A stretch of 64,000 nt of DNA from an uncultured Clostridia bacterium (lineage in GTDB: Bacteria; Bacillota; Clostridia; TANB77; CAG-508): assembly GCA_947167965.1 (NCBI GenBank), contig CAMVJW010000005.1:56635-120634 (forward strand), written 5' to 3'. The position numbers were made by a program, and so were the translations under genes. Below, in pieces: positions 1 through 9,747 of this stretch. Numbering within the stretch: position 1 is the stretch's first letter; the number at the start of each line of letters is the position of its first letter. Under the pieces are notes generated by a model. That model did no database searches. It saw only the letters and a program-made list of their open reading frames with translations, and had not been told where the DNA came from.

Positions 1-2
1 GA

Positions 3-215
3 GAAATTAATAAAATTAAAGTTCCTCTATTTATGAGATGGGGAAACAGTAAAGAATTAATAATTCAAAAAGCAGAAGATTTGTGTGAGTTTTTAAAAAC
101 TAAAATTAATAATCCAAATTTAGATATTGGATATATTGATGGCGCAAATCATAATTATAAAAATAAAGAAAAAGAATTAGCTGAAGAAATAGCAAGTTTT
201 TTAGAAAAACAATAA
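3..215 (+). CDS. C-terminal fragment of an alpha/beta-hydrolase-like protein (gene begins upstream of the window)
   Basis: The frame of the 33..215 ORF stays open back to base 3 (..EINKIKVPLFMRWGNS..). The 'VPLF..G..D/N' pattern resembles the C-terminal strand and His region of alpha/beta hydrolases. Weak, fragment only. Confidence 0.35.
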   Translation, partial: EINKIKVPLFMRWGNSKELIIQKAEDLCEFLKTKINNPNLDIGYIDGANHNYKNKEKELAEEIASFLEKQ

Positions 216-301
216 AGAATTAAAAAAGGTAATGGATTGAAAAAATAGTCTTTCATTCTTATATATGTCCATAAGCGAATTAAGAAGGGAATTATAGTAA
301 A

Positions 302-1135
302 GTGATAAATATACTATTATGTGGAAATGACAAGGTATTTGATGGAGCATTAACAGAGCTAATATCTATAACAAACAGAACAAAAGATGCTATTCACTGT
401 TATATATATACAGCAAATCTTACAAGGATTAAGCCAGAATACGCGGAAATATCAGACAATAAAATAGATTTTCTAAACGAAGTAATTAAAACTAAAAATG
501 AAAATAACTTTGTAGAAAAGGTAGATGTAACGCAAATTTATGAAAAAGAATTAGGAAAATCTATAAACGAAAAAACAAGTTATACACCATATGCTATGCT
601 TAGATTACTGGCTGATTTAGTGCCAAATATGCCAGACAAATTACTATATTTAGATATAGATATGATGGCAGCAGGAGATATTTCGGAATTATACAACAAA
701 GACATATCAGAATACGAATATGCAGCAGCAAAGGAATTTATGGGAAAATTTTTTGTAAAATGGGATTATATCAATTCAGGTATGTTATTACTTAATCTGG
801 AAAAAATTAAACAAACAAAATTATTTGAAAAAGCAAGAAATTTAGTAAAAAGTAAAAAGATGATATGTGTAGATCAAGATGCTATATACAAATCAACTAC
901 CCAAAAGCTAATCTTACCAAGAATATATAATGAGCAAATAAGGTTTAACAAAAGAGATACAGTAATTTGCCATTTTTGCAAAAGATTATTATGGTATCCC
1001 TATCCAAAAATAAGAAATATAAAACAATGGCAAGTTGAAGAAGTACATAAAATTTTAAGATGTCATGCTTTTGATTCTGATTTAGAAGAATATCAAATAT
1101 GGAAGAATAAAAGTGATGCTAAATTGTATAAATAA
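302..1135 (+). CDS. Glycosyltransferase family 8-like protein
   Basis: 277-aa ORF with GTG start. It has an N-terminal 'ILLCGNDKVFDG' nucleotide-binding beta-strand and an 'LYLDIDMMAAGDISELY' DxD region typical of GT8 (LPS glycosyltransferase/glycogenin fold). Confidence 0.65.
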   Translation: MINILLCGNDKVFDGALTELISITNRTKDAIHCYIYTANLTRIKPEYAEISDNKIDFLNEVIKTKNENNFVEKVDVTQIYEKELGKSINEKTSYTPYAMLRLLADLVPNMPDKLLYLDIDMMAAGDISELYNKDISEYEYAAAKEFMGKFFVKWDYINSGMLLLNLEKIKQTKLFEKARNLVKSKKMICVDQDAIYKSTTQKLILPRIYNEQIRFNKRDTVICHFCKRLLWYPYPKIRNIKQWQVEEVHKILRCHAFDSDLEEYQIWKNKSDAKLYK

Positions 1136-1154
1136 TTAGAGAAAGGAAGATTTT

Positions 1155-1940
1155 ATGAAATTAGGATATTTGGGACCTAAAGGGACTTTTTCATATGAAG
1201 CAGCAATCAAATATAATTCTGATATGGAATATGTAGAATATAAAACTCTATATGAAACAGTTAATGCTATTGTAAACAATGAAGTAGATGAAATAATAGT
1301 ACCAATTGAAAATTCACTTCAAGGTGGAGTAAGAGATGTACTAGATTCAATAATTGAAACTGAAAATATTTTTATAAAAAAAGAATTGATATTAAAAATA
1401 AATCAAAATTTACTAGTAAGTAAAGAAACAAAAAAAGAAAATATACATACAATTTATTCTCACCCACAAGCACTAGCACAATGTAAAAAATACTTATTAG
1501 AGAATTTTAAAAATGTAAATTTAATAGAAGTAGCATCAACCGCACTTTCTGCAAAAGAAATAATTGGAAAAGCAGAAGTTGCAGCAATTGCAAATAAAGC
1601 TTGTGCAACTGAATATGGATTGACTTTGTTAGATGAAAATATTCAAGACAATGATTTTAATGAAACTAAATTTTGGGTATTATCAAGAGAAAAAAATATT
1701 GCGGGGAAAAAAATGAGTATGGTTTTTTCTACAAAAAATACTCCAGGAGCATTATACAAAGTATTAAGAATTTTTTATAGTTATGATATTAATTTAACAA
1801 AGATAGAATCAAGGCCAGCTAAAACTGTTCTTGGAGAATACATTTTTTTAATAGATTTAGAGATAAACAAATACATTGAAACTGCTCTAAAAGATTTAAA
1901 AGAAGAATGTAAATACATCAAAATATTGGGTATATACTAA
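1155..1940 (+). CDS. pheA: Prephenate dehydratase
   Basis: Has the PDT domain start 'LGYLGPKGTFSYEAA' and a C-terminal ACT domain with 'LTKIESRPAK'. The RBS gaaaggaag lies upstream. Confidence 0.9.
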   Translation: MKLGYLGPKGTFSYEAAIKYNSDMEYVEYKTLYETVNAIVNNEVDEIIVPIENSLQGGVRDVLDSIIETENIFIKKELILKINQNLLVSKETKKENIHTIYSHPQALAQCKKYLLENFKNVNLIEVASTALSAKEIIGKAEVAAIANKACATEYGLTLLDENIQDNDFNETKFWVLSREKNIAGKKMSMVFSTKNTPGALYKVLRIFYSYDINLTKIESRPAKTVLGEYIFLIDLEINKYIETALKDLKEECKYIKILGIY

Positions 1941-1955
1941 AAGGGGGATAATTAA

Positions 1956-3146
1956 ATGGTATCAAAATCAATGGAGAATTTAGTAAAAAACAGTAGTACA
2001 ATAAGACAGATGTTTGAAGAAGGAAATAATTTAATAAAAAAATATGGAAAAGAAAATGTTTTTGATTTTAGCATAGGAAATCCATCTGTTAATCCGCCAA
2101 AAGAATTAAATTCATCAATTAAAGAGATTGTTGATAATACAGATAGTAAAGAATTACATGGATATATGTCTAATGCGGGATATGAGGATGTAAGAATAAA
2201 TGTAGCTAATTATTTAAATAATGAGTTTAATACTAGTTTCAATAAACAAAATATTATTATGTGTTGTGGTGCTGCAGCAGGATTAAATATTATATTAAAA
2301 TCTATATTAAATCCAGATGATGAAGTTATAATATTTAAGCCATATTTTATGGAATATAGAAATTATATATCAAATTATAATGGTAAAATTGTTGAAATTG
2401 AGGCATTAGAAGATTTTACACCAAACTTAGAAGATTTAAAAAATAAGATAAATGAAAAAACTAAAGCTATTATTATTAATAACCCTAATAATCCATCAGG
2501 GGTTTTATATAGTGAAGATATAATTAAATCTTTAAGTAATGTGTTATATAAAGCTCAAGAAAAATATAATCATGATATATTTTTAATTTCAGATGAGCCA
2601 TATAGGGAAATTGTATTTGATGGAAAAAAAGCTCCATTTATTCCAAAATATTATAATAATAGTTTTATTGTATATTCATATAGTAAATCATTATCAATAC
2701 CTGGAGAAAGAATTGGATATGTTATAGTTCCAGATGAAATAAATGATAAGGAAAATATATTTAATGCTATTTCTATTGCAAATAGAATACTAGGATTTAT
2801 AAATGCACCTTCTTTAATGCAAAAAGTATTGAGTAAACTTTTAGGAAAAACATCAGATTTATCTGAATATGAGAAAAATAGAGATTTATTATATAATGGG
2901 CTAACAGATTTAGGATATACATGTATTAAACCACAAGGAACATTTTACTTATTCTTAAAATCACCGGTTGAAGATGAAAAAGAATTTATTGAAAAAGCTA
3001 AAAAATTCAATATTTTAATGGTACCAGGTTCTAGTTTTGCATGCCCAGGATATGTAAGAATTGCTTTTTGTGTTGAATATGAGATGATAAAAAGAGCTCT
3101 TCCAAAATTTAAAGAACTTGCTAAAGAGTTTAATTTGGGAGTTTGA
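1956..3146 (+). CDS. Class I/II PLP-dependent aminotransferase (aspartate/aromatic type)
   Basis: Has 'INNPNNPSG' and 'SYSKSLSIPGERIGY' (PLP-lysine SxSK motif). It lies immediately downstream of pheA. Confidence 0.85.
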   Translation: MVSKSMENLVKNSSTIRQMFEEGNNLIKKYGKENVFDFSIGNPSVNPPKELNSSIKEIVDNTDSKELHGYMSNAGYEDVRINVANYLNNEFNTSFNKQNIIMCCGAAAGLNIILKSILNPDDEVIIFKPYFMEYRNYISNYNGKIVEIEALEDFTPNLEDLKNKINEKTKAIIINNPNNPSGVLYSEDIIKSLSNVLYKAQEKYNHDIFLISDEPYREIVFDGKKAPFIPKYYNNSFIVYSYSKSLSIPGERIGYVIVPDEINDKENIFNAISIANRILGFINAPSLMQKVLSKLLGKTSDLSEYEKNRDLLYNGLTDLGYTCIKPQGTFYLFLKSPVEDEKEFIEKAKKFNILMVPGSSFACPGYVRIAFCVEYEMIKRALPKFKELAKEFNLGV

Positions 3147-3151
3147 TTTAA

Positions 3152-3970
3152 ATGATGGAAGTGACAATATTAAACAAAGAAAAAATAGTGTTATTTGTAA
3201 GTAAAAACGCAGATTATAATAAGGCTGAATCTATTGCAAAAAAATTAGATATTAATATGGTTTTTGAAGAATCTGAAAATATGAGTTTATATCTTAGATT
3301 TGATGAAAATGGACTAGCATTAGTTTCAAAAGATATGAAACTATATGGGGATTTTTCAAAAATGTGTAAAAGATTAAAAACAAATAATTTAAGAAATGAA
3401 TTATTAGTAAAAGCAGCAAAAATTAAGGAAAAAAATAAGAATTTAAATGCAATAGATGCAACAGCAGGTTTAGGAGAAGATTCTTTTTTGCTCGCTGCTG
3501 CAGGATTTAATGTAAAACTCTATGAAAAAAATCCAATTATAGCAGCTTTATTAATTGATGCATTAGATAGAGCAAAAAATATGCCAGATTTAGCAAAAAT
3601 AATAAATAAAATGGAAGTTATAGAAGAGGATAGTATTAATGCATTGAAAAATATTAATGAAAAAGTAGATGTAATATTACTAGATCCTATGTTTCCAGAA
3701 AGAACAAAAAGTGGATTAGTCAAGAAAAAATTTCAAATACTCCATGAAATCGAAACACCTTGTAATAATGAAGTAGAATTGATAAATGCAGCATTAGCTG
3801 TAAATACACATAAAGTAATTATAAAAAGACCTTTAAAAGGAGAGTATCTTGCAGGAATGAAACCAAGCTATTCGATTAAAGGAAAAGCAATTAGATATGA
3901 TGTATGGAATAAAGGACGGTTAGAATATAGAACCGCCCTCTATTTTATTTCAATCAAATTATATAGGTGA
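3152..3970 (+). CDS. rsmJ: RsmJ/YhiQ-family SAM-dependent 16S rRNA methyltransferase. The zero-frame tail after an in-frame CGG (3917-3919) is doubtful; the alternative end is the TAG at 3921-3923.
   Basis: Has the 'DATAGLGEDSFLLAAAG' SAM-binding motif and 'LLDPMFPER'. The last 17 zero-frame codons run through a terminator-like hairpin and overlap the convergent GH30 gene. Confidence 0.7.
   Translation: MMEVTILNKEKIVLFVSKNADYNKAESIAKKLDINMVFEESENMSLYLRFDENGLALVSKDMKLYGDFSKMCKRLKTNNLRNELLVKAAKIKEKNKNLNAIDATAGLGEDSFLLAAAGFNVKLYEKNPIIAALLIDALDRAKNMPDLAKIINKMEVIEEDSINALKNINEKVDVILLDPMFPERTKSGLVKKKFQILHEIETPCNNEVELINAALAVNTHKVIIKRPLKGEYLAGMKPSYSIKGKAIRYDVWNKGRLEYRTALYFISIKLYR
3914..3938. terminator. 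Bidirectional terminator-like hairpin between the convergent rsmJ-like and GH30 genes
   Basis: ggacggtt-(agaatatag)-aaccgccc forms an 8-bp stem with one mismatch. T-rich tracts follow on both strands (tctattttattt on +, tttattcc on -). Confidence 0.5.
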
Positions 3971-5255
3971 TAATTGATTGTTTTTCAATAGTATCATGAA
4001 ATGTAGAATCATTAATGCACAAATTAAAACTCATATCATAATTTTCTTTATTTAAAATTACAATAACAATTCTATTATCAGGGTTTTTAAAAGATGTTAT
4101 CTTAAGATTATCAGAGTATGTACTATTTGCAACTCTAACAGCATTAGGTAATATAAATCTGCTAAAATGACCAATATAATAATAAGAAAGCATTTTAAAA
4201 TAATTATGATTATCTGAATCCATCATAATTGGACTATTGCATGGGTTTTTTATATGTGATGGCCCACCATTTTTATCAAGAAAAATGTTCCAATCTATAA
4301 ATCCATTTGCGCCAGAATTTAAATCCCCAATAATTTCATTAGCATATTCATTAGCGTAAGGATTATTTAGGTTTAAACCTGAACAGCCTTCAGAATGTAT
4401 AAGTAATTTATCAGGAAAAAATTCTTTGCAAAGTTTTATATTTTCAAAATGATTTCCTGTATACCAATGAAAAGCGACTCCAGAAACTATATTTTTTAAT
4501 TGTTCATTACTAAATTCTTCATGAGCTCTATTAAAGAGTTTTTCTTTGTTGTGATCATAAATTAGAATTTTTGTGCTTATATTTTGAAATTCAAATTCAG
4601 GAAATAAATAATTTACTATAAAGTCAGATTCTTCTTGTGGAGAATATAAACAAGATTCCCAACGCTGAATAGCATTTGGTTCATTTTGAATAGTTATATA
4701 ATCAATATTTATTCCTAAATCACTGTATGATTTAATATATTTTGCTAAATATTTTGCATATGTTGATTTATATTTATCTAAAAGTTTTCCTCCTAATATT
4801 GATATTTTTGTGTTTTTCATAAATTTTGGAGGACTCCAAGGAGATGCTAAAAATTTAATATTTGGATTTATATTTAAAGCATCTTTTATTAATGGAATAG
4901 TATATTTTAAATCGGGCTCTATTGAAAAGTCAGATAGATCATGTTTGTGAGAATAAGAATAACTGTTAAGTGAAAAGTCACAACTACCTATTGTTAATCT
5001 GCATAAAGAATAATTATTTTCTGAAAAATAATCATGTAAGAATTTTTGTTTTTTTTCATCAGAAAGTAAACTATAGTTATATGCTGAAGCTTCTGTTATA
5101 GCACCTCCAAAGCCTATAAGAGTTTGATATGTTACACTTGGATATATATTAATTACTTCATTTTCTATTTTGGAACTGTATTTTTTATCACTTAATTCAG
5201 TTTGATAATAATACATGTTTTTATCTTTATTTGTTACAAATTTCAAAATTTTCAT
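3954..5255 (-). CDS. Glycoside hydrolase family 30 (glucosylceramidase-like)
   Basis: Has 'ASPWSPPKFMK', 'ITIQNEPN' (acid/base Glu region) and 'HSEGC' (nucleophile Glu region), motifs typical of GH30. Confidence 0.8.
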   Translation of the reverse strand: MKILKFVTNKDKNMYYYQTELSDKKYSSKIENEVINIYPSVTYQTLIGFGGAITEASAYNYSLLSDEKKQKFLHDYFSENNYSLCRLTIGSCDFSLNSYSYSHKHDLSDFSIEPDLKYTIPLIKDALNINPNIKFLASPWSPPKFMKNTKISILGGKLLDKYKSTYAKYLAKYIKSYSDLGINIDYITIQNEPNAIQRWESCLYSPQEESDFIVNYLFPEFEFQNISTKILIYDHNKEKLFNRAHEEFSNEQLKNIVSGVAFHWYTGNHFENIKLCKEFFPDKLLIHSEGCSGLNLNNPYANEYANEIIGDLNSGANGFIDWNIFLDKNGGPSHIKNPCNSPIMMDSDNHNYFKMLSYYYIGHFSRFILPNAVRVANSTYSDNLKITSFKNPDNRIVIVILNKENYDMSFNLCINDSTFHDTIEKQSIITYII

Positions 5256-5380
5256 AATAATACATTAAATCCTTTCTGGAAATAGGGATGGTTCTCTTTT
5301 CCAAATTAAAAGAATAAATTATTAATTTATTGAATTATATCAAAATAGTTTAATTGATACAAGTAAATAAGCGATTACGA

Positions 5381-5409
5381 TTGACATATACACAAAAAAA
5401 ATATATTAT
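5381..5409 (+). promoter_or_regulatory. SigA-type promoter for the hydrolase/murF-like/ddl genes
   Basis: TTGACA (5381-5386), 17-nt spacer, TATTAT (5404-5409). Confidence 0.5.
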
Positions 5410-5480
5410 ATAAAAAATTTTAATGATAAAAATGACAATTATATTAAATAAATAATAATATATAACTATATAGATGGGAA

Positions 5481-6278
5481 GTGACTATAATAGAAACATA
5501 TATTGACGATTTAAAAATAAATTATATAAAACAAGGAACTGGAAAAACAGTTCTTATTCTTCCAGGATGGGGGACAGTACAAAATACTTATATTACATTA
5601 ATTAGTTCTATATCAACTTATGCAAATGTTATGTATTTAGATATGCCAGGATTTGGAGAATCAGAGGAGCCAAAAGAAAGTTGGAACATAGATAATTACA
5701 TTTCATTTATAAAAAAGTTTATTGAATCTCAGAATATTAAAGAACTTGATTTAATAGGACATTCAAATGGTGGAAGAATTATAATAAAACTAATGGGGCA
5801 AGAAAGTTTAAACTTTAAAGTAAATAAAATAATTCTTATTGGTAGTGCAGGGATTGTTCACAAAAAGAGTTTAAAAATAAAATTAAAAATAAGAACTTTT
5901 AAGTTTTGTAAAAAGTTTGCAGAATTAGGATTAGTAAAAAAGGTATTTCCAAATTTATTAGATAAGGTAAAAAAACATTTTGGATCTGATGATTATAAAA
6001 ATGCTAGCCCAATTTTAAGATCTACAATGGTAAAATTAATTAATGAAGATGTAAGAGAATTTTTACCAAAAATAAATGTACCAACATTACTAATATGGGG
6101 GGAAAATGATACTGCAACTCCAATAGAAGATGCAGAACTTATGGAGAAAATGATTCCAGATGCTGGATTAATAAGAGTAAAAGGATGCTCTCACTATGTA
6201 TTTTTAGAAAATCCATCATATGTAAATATTATTATAAAAAATTTTTTAACTGGAGGAAATGATGGGAACAATAATTAA
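5481..6278 (+). CDS. Alpha/beta hydrolase
   Basis: GTG start. Has the 'LIGHSNGG' nucleophile elbow (GxSxG), 'LILPGWG' near the N-terminus and a C-terminal 'GCSHY' His region. Confidence 0.75.
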   Translation: MTIIETYIDDLKINYIKQGTGKTVLILPGWGTVQNTYITLISSISTYANVMYLDMPGFGESEEPKESWNIDNYISFIKKFIESQNIKELDLIGHSNGGRIIIKLMGQESLNFKVNKIILIGSAGIVHKKSLKIKLKIRTFKFCKKFAELGLVKKVFPNLLDKVKKHFGSDDYKNASPILRSTMVKLINEDVREFLPKINVPTLLIWGENDTATPIEDAELMEKMIPDAGLIRVKGCSHYVFLENPSYVNIIIKNFLTGGNDGNNN

Positions 6279-7776
6279 AGTAGAATTTGTTGTTAATTTA
6301 GTTTTTCTATTATTATTCTATATGCATATGTTCCAACTAAATTCATATTTTATAAAAAAATATGCAAGATGGATAAAATCAAATAGTTCAAAAGTTATTA
6401 TTAGGAGCGTAAGTGCATTAATACCTACGGTATTATTATTAATAAATAATAATATAACCAAAATAATAGCAGGAGTAATATTATTATTAATAATCTTTTT
6501 TAATATACCAAAAAAGAAAAGCAAAATACCTCTTAAATTTACTAAAAGAGTAATAAGAATGTTTATAACAATTTCAATAGTAGTTACTTTAATTTGTATA
6601 TTTTTTAATCATTGTATTACATTTGGTATAATAAATGTTTTTGCTTTTTGCTTATGTGTTATTGCTCATATAATTAATTTTCCTATAGAATATACAGTAA
6701 AAAGCTATTATATTAATAGTGCAAAAAAGATATTAAAAAGCATGCCAGATTTAATGGTTATTGGTGTTACAGGAAGTTATGGAAAAACTAGTGTTAAAAA
6801 TTTTTTAGTTAAAACATTAAGTGCAAAATATGAAGTTTTAACAACACCAAAAAATTATAATACTACAATGGGAGTTGTAAAAACTATAAGAGAAGAGTTA
6901 AAACCAATACATCAGATTTTTGTTTGTGAAATGGGAGCAACAAAATTAGGAGATATTAAAGAAATATGTGATCTTGTACATCCTAAACTTGGAATTATAA
7001 CATCTATTGGTCCACAACACTTAGAAAGCTTTAAATCAATTGATAATATAATAAAAACAAAATTTGAATTATATGATTCTGTAAACAAAAATGGTGGAAT
7101 TACATTTTTAAATTATGATAACGAATATTTAGCAAAGCAAAATAGACCAAACACTAAGAGTTATGGTATTAATAATGAAAATTTAGATTATAATGCATGT
7201 AATTTAAAATCATCTTCTAGAGGATTATCTTTTACAATGGATAATGTTGATTTTAAAACAAAACTAATTGGAAAGCATAATATAGTAAATATTACTGCAG
7301 CAATCGCAGTTGCAAATTATTTAGATATTCCATTAAACAGGTTAGTACCTCGCGTTAGAGAAATAAATAGTGTAGAACATAGATTACAATTAATACCTAA
7401 AGGAAATTTAAATATAATAGATGATGCATATAATTCAAACCCTGTAAGTTCAAAAGCTGCAATAGATACATTATCAGAATTCGAAGGAATAAAAGTAATT
7501 GTTACTCCTGGATTAATAGAGCTTGGAGGAGAAAGTGAAAAATATAATTTTGAGTTTGGAGAATACATGGCAGATGTTTGTGATTATATTTTTATTGTAA
7601 ATAGTACAGTATCTAAATTTGTTTTAAATGGAATTAATTCAAAACAATTTGAAAAAGATAAAGTATTTACAGTAAATAGCCCACAGGAAGCGGTAAGAAA
7701 AGTTACAGAGATGAATCTAAATAACCAAATTACTATTTTATTAGAAAATGATTTGCCAGATAATTATAATATGTGA
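6259..7776 (+). CDS. murF: MurF-family Mur ligase (UDP-MurNAc-tripeptide:D-Ala-D-Ala ligase-like) with a polytopic N-terminal membrane region
   Basis: Has the 'GVTGSYGKTSVKNF' P-loop, 'CEMGATKLGDI', 'GPQHLESF', 'DDAYNSNPVS' and 'VTPGLIELG'. Residues 1 to about 150 are hydrophobic helices rather than the usual MurF N-domain. The ORF overlaps the upstream gene by 20 nt. Confidence 0.7.
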   Translation: MMGTIIKVEFVVNLVFLLLFYMHMFQLNSYFIKKYARWIKSNSSKVIIRSVSALIPTVLLLINNNITKIIAGVILLLIIFFNIPKKKSKIPLKFTKRVIRMFITISIVVTLICIFFNHCITFGIINVFAFCLCVIAHIINFPIEYTVKSYYINSAKKILKSMPDLMVIGVTGSYGKTSVKNFLVKTLSAKYEVLTTPKNYNTTMGVVKTIREELKPIHQIFVCEMGATKLGDIKEICDLVHPKLGIITSIGPQHLESFKSIDNIIKTKFELYDSVNKNGGITFLNYDNEYLAKQNRPNTKSYGINNENLDYNACNLKSSSRGLSFTMDNVDFKTKLIGKHNIVNITAAIAVANYLDIPLNRLVPRVREINSVEHRLQLIPKGNLNIIDDAYNSNPVSSKAAIDTLSEFEGIKVIVTPGLIELGGESEKYNFEFGEYMADVCDYIFIVNSTVSKFVLNGINSKQFEKDKVFTVNSPQEAVRKVTEMNLNNQITILLENDLPDNYNM

Positions 7777-7869
7777 TATATTAAGCATATAATTAAATGA
7801 AATATATTAAATAAAGGTTTATAGGTAACCATTAAAACCTAAATATATTATACAAGGAATGATTTATAA

Positions 7870-9087
7870 ATGAGAATTAAAGTAGGAGTTTTTTTTGGTG
7901 GAAAAAGTGTAGAACATGAAGTTTCTATAATTACTGCAATTCAAGCAATTGAAAATATTGATAAAGGCAAATATGATGTTGTTCCAGTTTATATTACAAA
8001 AGATAATAAAATGTATACTGGAAGCTTAATAGGAGATATATCATGTTATAAAAACATAGATAATTTACTTAAAAATAGTACTCAAATAATGCTTGCTCAA
8101 AAAGATAATAAAGTAGAACTATTAAGATGTGATAAAAAGATGTTTCAAAATGATACATTAGATTATATTGATGTAGCTTTTCCAATAGTACATGGTACGA
8201 ATGTTGAAGATGGTACATTACAAGGATTTTTAAAAATGTTTAATTTACCTTATGTTGGATGTGATGTTATTTCATCAAGTGTTGGAATGGATAAATATGT
8301 TTGTAAATGTGTTTTAAAAGATAATGACATTCCAGTTTTAGAATGTAAATGTATTAGTAGTAAAGATTATAATGAAAACTCAGATAATGTAATAGATGAA
8401 GTTGAAAAGAATTTTTCTTATCCAGTAATTGTTAAACCTATCAATTTGGGCTCTAGTGTAGGAATAAAAATAGCTAAAAATAAAGAAGAATTAATAGATG
8501 CTATAGAAAATGCATTCACATATTCAAGAAAAATATTGGTTGAAAGAGCTATTAAAAATTTAAAGGAAGTAAATTGCTCTGTAGTTGGAGATTATGAATC
8601 TGCAAAAGCTTCTGAATGTGAAGAACCAATTAAAACTGATGAAATACTAAGCTATGAAAATAAATACATTTCTGGAGGAAAAAAGACAGGTGGAATTAAG
8701 GCTGGAGGAACAAAACATATGAATGCAGGTGGATTGAAACTTCCAGCAGATATTTCAGCAGATGTAAAATCTAAAATTCAAGATTTAGCATTAAAAACAT
8801 TTAAGGTTTTAGGTTGTTCAGGAGTTATTCGTATTGATTTTATGATAGATCAAGATACAAATGAAATATTTGTTAATGAATTAAACACAATACCAGGTTC
8901 TTTATCATTCCATTTATGGAAAGCAACAAATTTACCATATACAGAATTATTAGATGAATTAATAAATTTAGCTTTAAAAAGACATAGAGAAGAAAAAAAT
9001 ATTACGTATTCTTTTGACACAAATATATTATCAGGAGTATCAATGAATAGCCTTAAAGGTGTAAAAGGCGGAAGTAAACTAAAATAG
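7870..9087 (+). CDS. ddl: D-alanine--D-alanine ligase
   Basis: Has 'VGVFFGGKSVEHEVS', an ATP-grasp core ('YPVIVKPINLGSSVG') and 'VNELNTIPGS'. A Gly/Lys-rich loop (GGKKTGGIKAGGTKHMNAGG) precedes 'LPADI'. Confidence 0.9.
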   Translation: MRIKVGVFFGGKSVEHEVSIITAIQAIENIDKGKYDVVPVYITKDNKMYTGSLIGDISCYKNIDNLLKNSTQIMLAQKDNKVELLRCDKKMFQNDTLDYIDVAFPIVHGTNVEDGTLQGFLKMFNLPYVGCDVISSSVGMDKYVCKCVLKDNDIPVLECKCISSKDYNENSDNVIDEVEKNFSYPVIVKPINLGSSVGIKIAKNKEELIDAIENAFTYSRKILVERAIKNLKEVNCSVVGDYESAKASECEEPIKTDEILSYENKYISGGKKTGGIKAGGTKHMNAGGLKLPADISADVKSKIQDLALKTFKVLGCSGVIRIDFMIDQDTNEIFVNELNTIPGSLSFHLWKATNLPYTELLDELINLALKRHREEKNITYSFDTNILSGVSMNSLKGVKGGSKLK

Positions 9088-9194
9088 CTGAAATTAATAT
9101 AATAAAATAAATAATGGGCAATTGTTTTATCTTGTCCATTTTTAAATTTTATTATTTAAAATCAGCATAAACTATACAAGGATTAGGATTAAAA

Positions 9195-9659
9195 ATGGAA
9201 TTTAGTAAAATAATTAAAGAAAATTTAATGAGAATAGTGATAGCTGAAGTAAATGAGGCAATAAAAGAAGGAAATTCACCTTTTGCAGCAATACTGGTTG
9301 ATGAAAAGGGAAACATAATAGAAAAAGCACATAATACTGCAAAATCAATGTGCAATCCAGTTTTACATGCAGAGATTAATTTAATTACAAATGCTTGTAA
9401 AAAGTTAAATACAAGAGATTTATCAAATTATTGTATTATATCAAATGCATGGAGCTGTAGTATGTGTATGTCAGCTTGTATTAAAGCGAAAATACAAAAT
9501 TTTATATATGGTGCACCAAGTGAGGGAGATATGAATCCTAATATTACAATATTTGATATTCAAGAGAAAACAACAACAGATTTAAATATTCAAACAGGAA
9601 TATTAGAAGATGAATGTAAAGTCCAAATTGATAATGCCAGAAGAATAAATAAAAAATAA
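9195..9659 (+). CDS. Cytidine/deoxycytidylate-type nucleoside deaminase (TadA/guanine-deaminase-like)
   Basis: Has the zinc motifs 'HAEINLI' and 'CSMCMSAC' at the spacing typical of the CDA fold. Confidence 0.7.
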   Translation: MEFSKIIKENLMRIVIAEVNEAIKEGNSPFAAILVDEKGNIIEKAHNTAKSMCNPVLHAEINLITNACKKLNTRDLSNYCIISNAWSCSMCMSACIKAKIQNFIYGAPSEGDMNPNITIFDIQEKTTTDLNIQTGILEDECKVQIDNARRINKK

Positions 9660-9747
9660 TTAAAACAAGTAAATTCATTATTTATTCCAATTATATGAAA
9701 ATATGAATATTTATATAAAAATCCAAATAAAGAGGAGACTTTAATAT

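Noticed and set aside
7870-9087. Gly/Lys-rich insertion (GGKKTGGIKAGGTKHMNAGG) in Ddl as an anomaly
   Set aside because: Long-form Ddl enzymes in Clostridia-like organisms commonly carry a flexible Gly-rich loop before the ..PA(D/E).. segment. I have no basis to call it unusual.
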